Part shown: piece by piece, positions 22,802 to 32,723 of the stretch
How positions within the stretch are numbered: position 1 is the stretch's first letter
How the letters are laid out: every line of letters starts with the position of its first letter
Source: Thermodesulfobacteriota bacterium
GTDB taxonomy: Bacteria > Desulfobacterota_D > UBA1144 > Nemesobacterales > UBA2774
Reading direction: 5' to 3'
NCBI GenBank assembly: GCA_965223335.1
Contig: OZ244991.1
Span: forward strand, 1,376,001-1,440,000
DNA: 64,000 bases
Notes under the pieces: model-generated
What the model was told of the DNA's origin: nothing
The model's input: only the letters and a program-made list of their open reading frames with translations
Databases searched by the model: none
Translations under genes and position numbers: made by a program

Positions 22802-23782
22802 TTATTGTTTAACTCCACACGACGGATAGCTATAATATAATATTGTTTTGGTCTCACACCTAACGGTATTGGTGCTGTTGTTTTGAGAAGTGTCCCGGCT
22901 AATTGCCAGTCTGCTCTCGGCACCGTAGGTCGCGATTCTATTCTTCCAGCCCACAAGCCATCTGCTCTCGTTTCGCTCAGGCGGTGCATTATGTACACGC
23001 CTCGTCAACACAAACTCTGCACCGCGGCTATACTCCTCGACCGCATCTAGTCCCGTGCCCGATCCGTTCATCTGCTCAAGCACCTGTAAAAGTCCCCATC
23101 CCTGGCCATTGTACCGCTCTGTTTCAAGCACTCCCTCTCCTTTGAAATTCACATAGTCTATGAGTGCATAGATGCCCATGGGCGAGTTGGCCACACGGTA
23201 GAACTGAGCAGTTATCTGCTCTTTGGTCTCAGGAGGGGTGTGAGCTAGGATCTTGGACAGTCCGTCCTCTAGTCTCTTGGCTAAAAACTCGGTCTGCTCG
23301 GGCATAGTATCGATCAAAAATTGCCTAAGCCTCGCCATCTCGGGCGAGTTAAAGGATTCGTAGAACTGGTCACGCGAATACCAGGGGGCTTCGCGATCGG
23401 GGAGTTGCTCGATCCACTCGGGGATCGGTTTTCCGCTCTGTTCGATGAATTGCAAAAGGAGTGGGAACGATTCGTGAAACGGGCCCTGCACACCCTTTGG
23501 GTACCAGATGAAATGACCGATCCCCATCGAGGGAAAATCCTCTCCCTCGTTCCAAACCGTAAGGTTTTGTGCTTTTGCCGAGGCTTCGTTTTGATATATT
23601 AACTGTCCTATGCGGTTTAGTTCCTCGGTGGATGGTTTAACAAGAGCGGGTTTGGGCTCTTTCTCTTTTACCTCCTTGGGTTCGGGATCGCATGAATAAA
23701 GCATAGAGATTGAGAGGGATAGAATCATAAATAGAACCGGGGTATAAAATCTAGACATATTATTCAACTTTTGTATCCGCAT
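22802..23782 (-). CDS. Hypothetical lipoprotein
   Basis: Lipobox LYSC; motifs WNEGEDFPSMGIGHFIWYP and DYVNFKGEG. Confidence 0.7.
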   Translation of the reverse strand: MRIQKLNNMSRFYTPVLFMILSLSISMLYSCDPEPKEVKEKEPKPALVKPSTEELNRIGQLIYQNEASAKAQNLTVWNEGEDFPSMGIGHFIWYPKGVQGPFHESFPLLLQFIEQSGKPIPEWIEQLPDREAPWYSRDQFYESFNSPEMARLRQFLIDTMPEQTEFLAKRLEDGLSKILAHTPPETKEQITAQFYRVANSPMGIYALIDYVNFKGEGVLETERYNGQGWGLLQVLEQMNGSGTGLDAVEEYSRGAEFVLTRRVHNAPPERNESRWLVGWKNRIATYGAESRLAISRDTSQNNSTNTVRCETKTILYYSYPSCGVKQ

Positions 23783-23798
23783 ATGATATCCAGCAGGC

Positions 23799-24011
23799 TT
23801 ACCTGTAATGATGGTGTTTTAGGTCTTCTTTGTCTGTAATTCGTTCAAATACCACCCCGCATTTATCGCATTCGAACCTGACCTCAGTAGGTGGATGGCT
23901 GATGCCGATTCCAACTAGTATCCAACCGAATAGGGAGTACGAGGGCTTTGGAACAATCCAGGGGTCTCCTCTTGTGTATCCGCACTTACAGGTGTTGTTT
24001 GTAGTTGTCAT
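23799..24011 (-). CDS. Small Cys-rich membrane-associated protein
   Basis: CKC, hydrophobic stretch, then CDKC. Confidence 0.6.
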   Translation of the reverse strand: MTTTNNTCKCGYTRGDPWIVPKPSYSLFGWILVGIGISHPPTEVRFECDKCGVVFERITDKEDLKHHHYR

Positions 24012-24063
24012 AATAGATTGTTAAAGGGGATAAATTTAACCTTTGTTGCATAGTTATCAAATG

Positions 24064-24489
24064 CTAATCCCGAGTCGCATCGACCGGTGATCTTAACTGT
24101 TTCTTTTGGCTTTTTTTATGTTTTGCTCTAAGTCTTTTCTCTTTAGATAGTTTAGAGGGTTTAGTGCTGAGCCGTTTTTTGGGTTTAGTCGAGGCTCTCT
24201 CTATAATTTTTATCAATCTATCGAGTGCATCGGTCTTGTTGCGTTCCTGGGTCCTGTAGCGCTTGGCCTCAATGATCAAGACCCCATGGTCTGTCATCTT
24301 TCGGCCGGCAAGTTTAGAAATGCGGCGTTTCATCTCATCCGAAATGCCTTTAGCATTGTGCAGGTCGAACCTGAGCTGCACAGCACTCGACACCTTGTTT
24401 ACATTCTGCCCGCCCGGGCCGCTTGACCTGATGAAATCATATTTTATATCGGACTCATGGATTTCGATCTCGGGTGAAACTGTAATCAT
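24064..24489 (-). CDS. arfB: Alternative ribosome rescue factor ArfB
   Basis: RSSGPGGQNVNKV, RTQERN and a basic C-terminal tail. Confidence 0.93.
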   Translation of the reverse strand: MITVSPEIEIHESDIKYDFIRSSGPGGQNVNKVSSAVQLRFDLHNAKGISDEMKRRISKLAGRKMTDHGVLIIEAKRYRTQERNKTDALDRLIKIIERASTKPKKRLSTKPSKLSKEKRLRAKHKKSQKKQLRSPVDATRD

Positions 24490-24569
24490 ATTAATAGATT
24501 ATACCAGCTTATGATGTTGGTATGAGTGATCGTATGGAATTTGCGGTCCTAGGTAAATGAGATGGTAAT

Positions 24570-24608
24570 AAAAAGGGCCCGGTCGATAAATTTCAGCGCC
24601 AGGCCCTT
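24570..24608 (-). terminator. Rho-independent terminator after amt
   Basis: Minus strand AAGGGCCTGG...CCGGGCCC followed by a T run. Confidence 0.7.
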
Positions 24609-24642
24609 AATGATTTAGATCAGGAAATTGTTTGCTGGGTTT

Positions 24643-25971
24643 TTAAATGTCGTAACCGGTCTCGCCGTGGTCAACAATGTCGAGTCCCTGTACCTCCTCG
24701 TCACCATCTACACGGAGTCCCACGACTGCATCCACAACCTTAAGTATGATAAACGAGATGATGGCACAGTAAATTATCACAAACACTGCGGCGAATAGCT
24801 GCACGCCGAGTTGTTTGCCCATATCCAGGTTCTCAACACTGCCCCCTAGTGCGGTGGAGGCAAAAAACGCAACGAGGATAATACCAACGAACCCCCCGAC
24901 TCCGTGCACGCCCACAACGTCGAGGGCATCGTCGAACCCGAGTTTGTATTTGGCCCAGGTCGCAGCAATTGTAGCGAGCACCGCAGAACTAAATCCGATA
25001 ACTATAGCCCCCAGAGGGCCCACAGTACCCGAGGCCGGTGTGATGGCAGCTAGCCCCGCAATGGCACCGGTAGCAAAACCGAGTGCACTCGGTTTACCCA
25101 CCCTTATCCACTCTATAGCGATCCATGTAAGGGCTGCTACACAAGGGGAAATTTGGGTCACGACAACTGCCATTGCAGCCTGACCGTTAGCGGCCAGCGC
25201 GCTGCCGCCGTTAAACCCGAACCAGCCTACCCAAAGCATCGCAGTACCTGTAAGCGTCATAGTCATGTTGTGCGGGGGGGTAGGGTTTGGGTATCCGCGT
25301 CTTTTACCGGTGAGTATTGCAGCTATAAGTGCCGCAACACCGGCAGTTATATGCACTACTATACCGCCGGCGAAATCAAATACACCCATGTCGCCAAAGA
25401 AAGATCCTTCCCCTCCCCAGATCATATGTGCTACTGGGAAATAGACCAAGATTACCCAAAGCGCCGAGAACCACATCATGGCCGAGAATTTCATTCTCTC
25501 GGCAAATGCACCCACAATAAGCCCGGGTGTGATAATTGCAAAGGTCAGCTGGAACGCAAAGAACAGCACCTCGGGTATAGAGCCCGATAGCGTGTCGGGT
25601 CCGATACCGTTTAGAAATGCTTTTGAAAACCCGCCCACAAATGCGTGGATACCGTGATCACCGGCGACCATGCCGGTTGTATCGAACGCAAGGCTATAGC
25701 CAAACACCGTCCAAATCAGCGTTACTACGGCAGTGATTGCAAAACAGTGCATGTATAGCGACAGCACATTCTTCTTACCAACGAGCCCGCCGTAAAACAT
25801 GGCAAGTCCCGGTATCATCATAAAAAGCACGAGTGCCGTAGATATCAGAATCCAGGCTGTGTCACCCGTATTGAGTTGGTCTTGGGCAAATGCATAAGAC
25901 GGTAAAACTAACAAGACAAACAATACCGATCCAAAAAACCCCACAGGGCTAATATGCAGAAATCTTCTCAT
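24643..25971 (-). CDS. amtB: Ammonium transporter Amt
   Basis: DFAGGIVVH, WFGFNGGS, DDALDVVGVHG; start ATG 25971 after an RBS. Confidence 0.95.
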   Translation of the reverse strand: MRRFLHISPVGFFGSVLFVLLVLPSYAFAQDQLNTGDTAWILISTALVLFMMIPGLAMFYGGLVGKKNVLSLYMHCFAITAVVTLIWTVFGYSLAFDTTGMVAGDHGIHAFVGGFSKAFLNGIGPDTLSGSIPEVLFFAFQLTFAIITPGLIVGAFAERMKFSAMMWFSALWVILVYFPVAHMIWGGEGSFFGDMGVFDFAGGIVVHITAGVAALIAAILTGKRRGYPNPTPPHNMTMTLTGTAMLWVGWFGFNGGSALAANGQAAMAVVVTQISPCVAALTWIAIEWIRVGKPSALGFATGAIAGLAAITPASGTVGPLGAIVIGFSSAVLATIAATWAKYKLGFDDALDVVGVHGVGGFVGIILVAFFASTALGGSVENLDMGKQLGVQLFAAVFVIIYCAIISFIILKVVDAVVGLRVDGDEEVQGLDIVDHGETGYDI

Positions 25972-26008
25972 CTCTCTTTCTCCTATGTGTGTGGTGAAAT
26001 ATCTAGTT

Positions 26009-26025
26009 GGCAATTTAAATACCAG
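26009..26025 (-). promoter_or_regulatory. Sigma-54 promoter of amt
   Basis: Minus strand CTGGTATTTAAATTGCC (GG-N10-GC), about 40 nt before the start. Confidence 0.65.
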
Positions 26026-26167
26026 GAGTTAAAAGCAATCTGGGACTTGCACTAGGTGTGCGCAAATTATTCAATATACACAGGCAGATAAGTGGCAATA
26101 TAGTGTTTGATAAGACGATATTTTAAGGGGGGATTATGTAATTAAAACTGCTTGTTTATTGTGTGGT

Positions 26168-26206
26168 TGCCTAATATGTGGGCTTAGGCTGCTCATCTAT
26201 TAGGCA
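26168..26206. promoter_or_regulatory. Tandem NtrC-like binding sites
   Basis: TGCCTAATATGTGGGCT and TGCTCATCTATTAGGCA (TGC-N11-GCA type), starts 22 bp apart. Confidence 0.5.
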
Positions 26207-26241
26207 TGATTAAGTTTTTAGGTCGATATGGGTAGGCAAGA

Positions 26242-26610
26242 TTATAATTTAATCTCGACGTCGAATGAGCCGAGGTTTACTTTTGCCACAAGTCCTGCTT
26301 TCCAGCATAGGTCCCTCGCGTGCTTTTGCTGCTCTTTGGGTACGAGGAGAGAAAGTTTGACCCCGGCCTCGGACATTGCGGTCCACTTCGGTAAGTTTTC
26401 CTCAGTGACGGTCTCTTTGGTCTCGACCTCTACAATCTGGACTGTCTGTCCATAATTTACAAATACCGCATCGGGGTAAAGCCCCTGGTACTCGAAGTTC
26501 TTCTCGTCCCCGGGATTAATATGTACCTCGCTAAAGGTCCTCGCATATTTCTCTTCGATCTTTCTTATTACCCAGTCGTGGAGAAACTGTTCATCCTTGG
26601 ATCTTTTCAT
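26242..26610 (-). CDS. Hypothetical protein, possible PD-(D/E)XK-like fold
   Basis: YPDAV...IVEVET motif; overlaps the 3' end of nadK. Confidence 0.6.
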   Translation of the reverse strand: MKRSKDEQFLHDWVIRKIEEKYARTFSEVHINPGDEKNFEYQGLYPDAVFVNYGQTVQIVEVETKETVTEENLPKWTAMSEAGVKLSLLVPKEQQKHARDLCWKAGLVAKVNLGSFDVEIKL

Positions 26611-27460
26611 ATCTCTCTCCCCACATGAGTTTGGTTTTAAGTATGGTGAAGTAATCTCGGTAGGGGGACTTTATGACTTTCACAGAGGTGTGTGTGTTTT
26701 GTAACTCGATTATGTCCCCTGTTTCGAGTTTTATGCCTATTTGGCCGTCCAGGGTGAGGTAGGTGTCGGGGTCTTCGGAGAGGACCTTGACGGTGATCGA
26801 TGTGTCTGAAGGCACAACCAATGGGCGGTTCGTAAGCGTGTGCGGGCAGATCGGAGTGATGATGACCACAGGGAGTGTGGGATATACTATAGGGCCGCCT
26901 GCGGACAGTGAGTAAGCGGTGGATCCGGTGGGTGTTGAGATAATTATGCCATCGGCTTTAAATGTGTTTACCAACGATTTGTCGATATGGATCTCGAGGT
27001 CTATGATTCTCGACACAGCACCTTTATTTATAACCAGGTCGTTTAGTACTACGTGCTCGCCGATCTGCTCTTTACCCCTCATTATTGATGCCGATATCAT
27101 CTCCCTTATCTCGACCTCGAAGTCCCCCTCGAGTATTCGCTCCATCATGGGGTAGAGCTCTTCCACTGTGATCTCGGTTAAAAACCCTAGGCCCCCGACG
27201 TTTATACCCAGTAGCGGGATATCGTGTTGGCAGACCAGTCGAGCCACACCCAAAAAAGTGCCGTCCCCCCCGAACACGAGTATAATATCTACGAGGTCAG
27301 GGATCTCGTCTCGTTTATATGAGTTTTCGAGGCCGATTTTATCGGCTATCTCTTTTTCGACAAACACCTCGTTACCCCGGTCTACGAGCCAGGGATAAAG
27401 CTCTGCGGTAATCTCATATACCTTGTCTACTTTGGGTTTGCCGATAATTCCTATGTTCAA
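26591..27460 (-). CDS. nadK: NAD+ kinase
   Basis: GGDGT, LND, DGIIISTPTGSTAYSLSAGG. Confidence 0.96.
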   Translation of the reverse strand: MNIGIIGKPKVDKVYEITAELYPWLVDRGNEVFVEKEIADKIGLENSYKRDEIPDLVDIILVFGGDGTFLGVARLVCQHDIPLLGINVGGLGFLTEITVEELYPMMERILEGDFEVEIREMISASIMRGKEQIGEHVVLNDLVINKGAVSRIIDLEIHIDKSLVNTFKADGIIISTPTGSTAYSLSAGGPIVYPTLPVVIITPICPHTLTNRPLVVPSDTSITVKVLSEDPDTYLTLDGQIGIKLETGDIIELQNTHTSVKVIKSPYRDYFTILKTKLMWGERYEKIQG

Positions 27461-27607
27461 TCGGATCTCCTCATGCCTCCCATATTCTAAGAGGGATTAA
27501 GCCCCCCCAAAAAACAATTATGGGATCTAAAAACTTAATATACCTGGTATGGTAGCGATGTAACAAAGGGAGTTAGTTAAATAAGCATAAACGATGGGAG
27601 TTGGGGA

Positions 27608-28727
27608 TCAGTGTTTGTTGGTTTCACTCTTGTTTGATGTAAACAATAAATATTGCTCGATAAATTCAGACAAATCCCCGTCCAGTACCGGCTCTACGTT
27701 ACCGGTTTCGTACTCTGACCTGTGGTCTTTGATCATCCGGTAGGGGTGAAGGATATAAGAGCGTATTTGGCTACCCCAACCGATCTCTTTTTTGGTAGAG
27801 TGCATCTCGTCGATCATCTCTTTTTTCTTTTCCTTCTCTAGCTCGTATAGCCGGGCGCGCAGTATCTTCATGGCAGTGGCACGGTTTTGGTGCTGGGAGC
27901 GCTCGTTTTGACAGCTGACCACAATCCCGCTTGGGTTATGGGTGATCCTTACGGCGGAGTCGGTTTTGTTCACGTGCTGCCCACCTTTACCGCTTGCCCT
28001 ATAGGTGTCGACCCTGAGGTCTTTTTCCTCTATCTCGATATCGATATCGTCCTCGATCTCGGGGGATACGAACACAGATGCAAAAGAGGTATGACGCCTC
28101 TTATTGGAGTCAAACGGGGAGATACGCACAAGGCGGTGTACACCGCTCTCTCCCTTTAGGTGCCCAAATGCATAATCACCTGTTACTAGGAAAGTGGCGT
28201 TTTTTAGCCCTGCGTCATCACCCTGGAGGTAGTCGACAATCTGGGTCTTGTAGCCGTTTCTTTCGGCGTAGCGCAGGTACATGCGCAGTAGCATCTCGGC
28301 CCAGTCCTGAGCCTCTGTGCCCCCTGCGCCTGCGTTTATGGATACAATAGCGTTCTTAGGGTCGTCGGGATGGCCCAAAATCCTCTTTAGCTCGAGAGCG
28401 CCTATGTTTTTCTCTAGCTCTTTTATAGCGGTCTCAACCTCGTTGGCCGAATCCTCGTCCTGCTCTTCCACCGAGAGCTCTGCCATTACCTCTGTATCGT
28501 CAAGTTCCTCGGTGAGGCTCTGCCATTGGTCGATGTCGTTTTTGATTCTGGCCTGCTCTTGCAGGTATTTCTTGGCTTTGTCGGAGTCGTTCCAAAACTC
28601 GGGTTTGCCCACTATGACCTCGAGCTCAGTTAACCGGCTCCTTTTTGCTGGAAGGTCAAAGATACTCCCCAATAAGAAGCAGTCTTTTTCTGAGCTCGCT
28701 AATTCTTTCTTTTGAGTCCTCGATCAT
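27608..28727 (-). CDS. prfB: Peptide chain release factor 2, expressed via programmed +1 frameshift
   Basis: SPF and GGQ motifs; 23-codon ORF from ATG 28727 ends CTT TGA C and continues in the +1 frame. Confidence 0.97.
28655..28670 (-). promoter_or_regulatory. prfB +1 frameshift site with internal SD-like sequence
   Basis: Minus strand GGGGAG-TAT-CTT-TGA-C. Confidence 0.93.
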
Positions 28728-28966
28728 CTACGCAACTCCTTATTGAACGTTAATGTACTAAATATAAGTTCTCGGTGAGTAAATGCAAGAAATGTTGATA
28801 AATCGATAGTTTAGTGTAGATTCATAGTCGTTACGGCACAATCTTTTATTTGTGCCTAGGGGCCTGTGGGGTTCCTATTTTTTGGTCTAGCGCCGAGGTG
28901 TTGCCGAGAGTATAAAATTCCAGAGACAAATACACAAATAATCAATACATACAAGGAGTTGGAGAC

Positions 28967-30109
28967 GTGAAAAAATATATCTTTACACCGGGGCCTGTGC
29001 CCGTACCGAGCGAAGTACTGATCGAGATGGCTAAGCCCATCATTCACCACAGAACCGCTGAGTTTGAAAGCATATTTGCCGAGGTCCGTGAGGGGCTTAA
29101 ATACGTATACCAGACCACCCAAGAGGTCTTTATATTGGCTGCCTCGGGCACAGGGGCTATGGAGGCATCGGTATCCAACACTCTGTCGCGGGGGGATAAA
29201 GCGCTTGTGGTAAACGGTGGTAAGTTCGGTGAGCGTTGGTCAAAAATATGTAAAGCATATGGTGTAGAGGTAGAGGAGATAAAAGTTGAATGGGGCCATG
29301 CGGTGAAACCTGCTGATATTGAGAGCGCACTTGAGAAAGACAAATCCATAAAAGCGGTACTGATACAGGCGAGCGAGACCTCCACAGGTGTGATGCATCC
29401 CACAAAGGAGATTGCCCAGATAACACAAAAGCGTGACGACGTAATACTCATTGTGGACGGTATCACGGGGGTGGGTGTGTTCCCGCTTCCGTTTGATGAG
29501 CTTGGGATAGATGTGCTTGTGGGAGGGTCCCAAAAGGCGTTTATGCTGCCGCCAGGGCTGTCATTTGCAGCAATGAGCGACAAGGCATGGTCTTTCTATG
29601 AAAATTCCGATCTGCCTAAGTTTTATCTGGACTTTAAGAGCTGCCAAAAGAGCGCAGAGAAAAACACTACACCCTACACGCCTGCAGTTACTTTAATCAT
29701 AGGGCTTGCCGAGGTGTTAAAACGGTTCCAGAGCGAGGGCATAGAGAACATGCACCGGCGCCACGCCACTCTGTCTAGAGCCACCAAAGAGGGGATGGAA
29801 GCCATTGGTTTGGAGCTCTTTACCAAGGAAACGCCGAGCACAGCACTCACGACGGTGGTTGCACCTCCGGATATTGGCGCCGCAAAGGTTATTGCGGGAC
29901 TGCGCGACCGGTTCGGTATTACGGTTGCCGGGGGGCAAGACGAGGCAAAGGGCAAGATATTTAGGATCTCGCACATCGGAGACATAGACAAAACCGATAC
30001 ACTGTCGGTAATATCTGCTGTGGAGTGCGTGTTAAACGACCTGGGTTATTCGTTTGATTTCGGGGCGGCTACAAAAACTGCATCCGAGATTCTTACAGCC
30101 GAGCAGTAA
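28967..30109 (+). CDS. Class V PLP aminotransferase (alanine-glyoxylate/serine-pyruvate family)
   Basis: FTPGP, SGTGAMEA, ETSTG, GSQKAFMLPPG. Confidence 0.9.
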   Translation: MKKYIFTPGPVPVPSEVLIEMAKPIIHHRTAEFESIFAEVREGLKYVYQTTQEVFILAASGTGAMEASVSNTLSRGDKALVVNGGKFGERWSKICKAYGVEVEEIKVEWGHAVKPADIESALEKDKSIKAVLIQASETSTGVMHPTKEIAQITQKRDDVILIVDGITGVGVFPLPFDELGIDVLVGGSQKAFMLPPGLSFAAMSDKAWSFYENSDLPKFYLDFKSCQKSAEKNTTPYTPAVTLIIGLAEVLKRFQSEGIENMHRRHATLSRATKEGMEAIGLELFTKETPSTALTTVVAPPDIGAAKVIAGLRDRFGITVAGGQDEAKGKIFRISHIGDIDKTDTLSVISAVECVLNDLGYSFDFGAATKTASEILTAEQ

Positions 30110-30152
30110 GCATTAAGTTTAGATCAACCCCGGGTTATATCGGTGAGATTAT

Positions 30153-31397
30153 TTGAAAGAAATCACGTTCATTCATCTATCCGATATCCATCTTGGCCTG
30201 CAAACCCACGGAAAACTGAACCCCAATACCGGCAGGAACACTCGACTTGAGGATATCCTGCGATCACTTGACTATGTGGTGGACCACGCAATTAGTGAGC
30301 ATATTGACCTGGTGCTCGTTGCTGGTGATATATTCCACAGAGAGAACCCGAACCCCACAGAAGAGACTGAGTTTGCTAAGAGAATCATAAGACTTGTGAG
30401 CGGGGGGGAGACCCAAGTGGTGTTGGTCCTGGGAAACCACGACTATCCTTCGACCACTGATAGAGCCTCGGCAGTAGACATATTCCCGGCACTTGACATA
30501 GAGGGTGTTACAGTATGCAGGCGCCCCGGACTCTACAGTATTAGTACTAAGAACGGACCACTTGAGGTTGCTGCCCTGCCATGGGCAAGTGGGCGGATGT
30601 TGCTTACTAAAGATGAGTACAAATCTATGTCGCCCACAGAGCTTTTGGTCGAGGTCGAAAAACGTCTTATATATGTGATTAAAGATCTAGCAGAGAGCTC
30701 AAGCCCCGAGCACCCAACGATATTTGCAGCCCACGTTGCTGCGCGCGACGCCAAACTCTCGGGTGGCGAGCGTAACGCACTAAAGACCCCCGACCCTACA
30801 GTTTCGGTTGGCGAGTTGGCAAACCCGGCGTTTACATATGTGGCGCTCGGGCATGTGCACCGGCACCAGGACCTAAACAACCCGCACCCACCCCCTGTAG
30901 TGTATTCGGGGAGTATCGAGAGGATCGATTTCTCGGAGGAGAAGGAAAAAAAGGGTTTTGTTGTGGGCCGAGTATATAGAGGCGGTGACGGTTGGCAGTG
31001 TGAATATGAGTTTGTAGAGACCCCCGCACGGCGGTTCATAACAATAGACCTGGGCGACACTGCTCAATTTAAAGAGAGGGAAGAGGAGGTGTCTGCTCTC
31101 GGGAGCTATGATACGAAAGATGCGGTTGTTAGGGTGCGCTACACTACATCTACTGACGCTGATTCAATTGATGACAAACTCATCAGAGAGGTTCTTACGG
31201 ACGCTCAGTCGTTAAAGATAGAGAAGGTGTTTGGGCGCCCTCAAAAATTGATTCGGCAGGCGGGGATATCGAGTAATATGGAGCTGTCTGACGCTTTGGA
31301 ACGTTACATAGAAACAAAACCTGAGCTCAAATCGATCTCAAAAGACCTAAAGAGCTACGCAGCGGAACTAATAAAGGAGATTGACGACGATAGCTAG
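30153..31397 (+). CDS. sbcD: SbcD/Mre11 family nuclease
   Basis: SDIHLG, AGDIF, GNHD, ALGHVH, YSGSIERIDFSE. Confidence 0.9.
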   Translation: MKEITFIHLSDIHLGLQTHGKLNPNTGRNTRLEDILRSLDYVVDHAISEHIDLVLVAGDIFHRENPNPTEETEFAKRIIRLVSGGETQVVLVLGNHDYPSTTDRASAVDIFPALDIEGVTVCRRPGLYSISTKNGPLEVAALPWASGRMLLTKDEYKSMSPTELLVEVEKRLIYVIKDLAESSSPEHPTIFAAHVAARDAKLSGGERNALKTPDPTVSVGELANPAFTYVALGHVHRHQDLNNPHPPPVVYSGSIERIDFSEEKEKKGFVVGRVYRGGDGWQCEYEFVETPARRFITIDLGDTAQFKEREEEVSALGSYDTKDAVVRVRYTTSTDADSIDDKLIREVLTDAQSLKIEKVFGRPQKLIRQAGISSNMELSDALERYIETKPELKSISKDLKSYAAELIKEIDDDS

Positions 31398-31401
31398 GGC
31401 C

Positions 31402-32313
31402 CTATACACTGGCTTCGTAACAGTTGTTCTCGGGCTCGCATTCCTCGGTTTCGAGCTGGAGAGTGACATGGTTAATCCTAAAATTTTCCCGTAAACTGAG
31501 CTTGATTTTGTTTATCAATTGCTCGCTTGTAGATATATCTTCTATTACAAGGTGAGCGCTAAGTGCCTCGTGCCCCTCGGTTAGAGTCCAGGCATGGAGG
31601 TCATGCACGCTTATCACACCCTGGTGCGAGCATATGGAACGCTCCACGGCACCGAGCTCTATGCCCCTGGGTGTGCCTTCTAGCAGTATGTGAACTGATT
31701 CGCCAAAGAGCTGCCACGCACCCCTCAATATTAGCAATGCGACCAGGATACTGATTATGGAGTCGGCATAGTACCATTTTGTCCATAGCATAATCAGCCC
31801 TGCGGCGATGGCTCCAACCGAACCCAATGCATCGCTTGCCACATGATAGAGTGCCCCTCGGATGTTTAAATTGTCCTTTTGATGCTTGTAGAGCATGTAG
31901 GCGGCAAACAGGTTTACCGCTAAGCCTACAACCGCTACCACTGTCATCTCTAGGCTCTTTACTTCGTGGGGAGTCATTAACCGCTTGTAGGCTTCGATGA
32001 ATATACCTATGGATATTGCAAATAAGAGCAGGCTGTTTATGAATGCGGCTAGGATCTCGGCCCTGTAAAAACCGAATGTTTTTCTAGATGTCGGCGGCCT
32101 TAGCGAGAACCAAAGTGCAAAGAACGCCAACGACAATGCAAACACATCTGTAAGCATGTGGGCTGCGTCTGAGATCAGCGCAAGACTGCCGGTGTACCAT
32201 CCCGCAGCGGCCTCAACAAACATGAATGACGCCGTAAGCGCAAGCACTATTATTAGGGCGCGTTTTTCCCCCGCGGCTTTGTAACTGTGAGTGTGGTCGT
32301 GCGTATGAGCCAT
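31402..32313 (-). CDS. Cation diffusion facilitator (CzcD/ZitB-like)
   Basis: His-rich N-terminus, SDAAHMLTD, HVASD, HDLHAW. Confidence 0.92.
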   Translation of the reverse strand: MAHTHDHTHSYKAAGEKRALIIVLALTASFMFVEAAAGWYTGSLALISDAAHMLTDVFALSLAFFALWFSLRPPTSRKTFGFYRAEILAAFINSLLLFAISIGIFIEAYKRLMTPHEVKSLEMTVVAVVGLAVNLFAAYMLYKHQKDNLNIRGALYHVASDALGSVGAIAAGLIMLWTKWYYADSIISILVALLILRGAWQLFGESVHILLEGTPRGIELGAVERSICSHQGVISVHDLHAWTLTEGHEALSAHLVIEDISTSEQLINKIKLSLRENFRINHVTLQLETEECEPENNCYEASV

Positions 32314-32383
32314 ATCGGTTAAAAATACATACGCAAATTGGCCGAGTCAAAGAACCCTAATGGTGTTAGAGGTCTTATGTGAT

Positions 32384-32671
32384 CTATTGCTTTTTGAAGT
32401 GTTTTTCGGCCAAGGGGTCGTTATCCAGTTCTGAGATCAGGTAGCTGATCCGGTACTGGTCCCCGGGGAAGTGATAGAGCTTTATCCCGCTTGGAGTAAC
32501 CAGGTTTACACCGTCTCTTTTTGTGTCGGAGGGCAGTTCTACTTCATACACGGGGTAGCCGGCTGAACCCGCACCCAGGTTTACAATTTTTCGTGATTCG
32601 CGCAGCTTTGTGACGCTGTCTGCTATCTGCCAAACCTTGGGAAAGACCTGTCCCCGTACTAGTAGTTTCAT
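32384..32671 (-). CDS. Hypothetical protein
   Basis: 95-aa ORF with an upstream purine-rich RBS. Confidence 0.55.
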   Translation of the reverse strand: MKLLVRGQVFPKVWQIADSVTKLRESRKIVNLGAGSAGYPVYEVELPSDTKRDGVNLVTPSGIKLYHFPGDQYRISYLISELDNDPLAEKHFKKQ

Positions 32672-32723
32672 GTTGAGCCCCTTTTTAGTAATGTTAATTC
32701 TCTGGAGGTATAAGTCATAATGG

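Noticed and set aside
22753..22998. N-terminal extensions given by the ORF track (Dabb here; also pilin, amt, argC, thiC)
   Set aside because: They overlap upstream genes or promoters, or lack homology to the family; RBS position and motifs support later starts.
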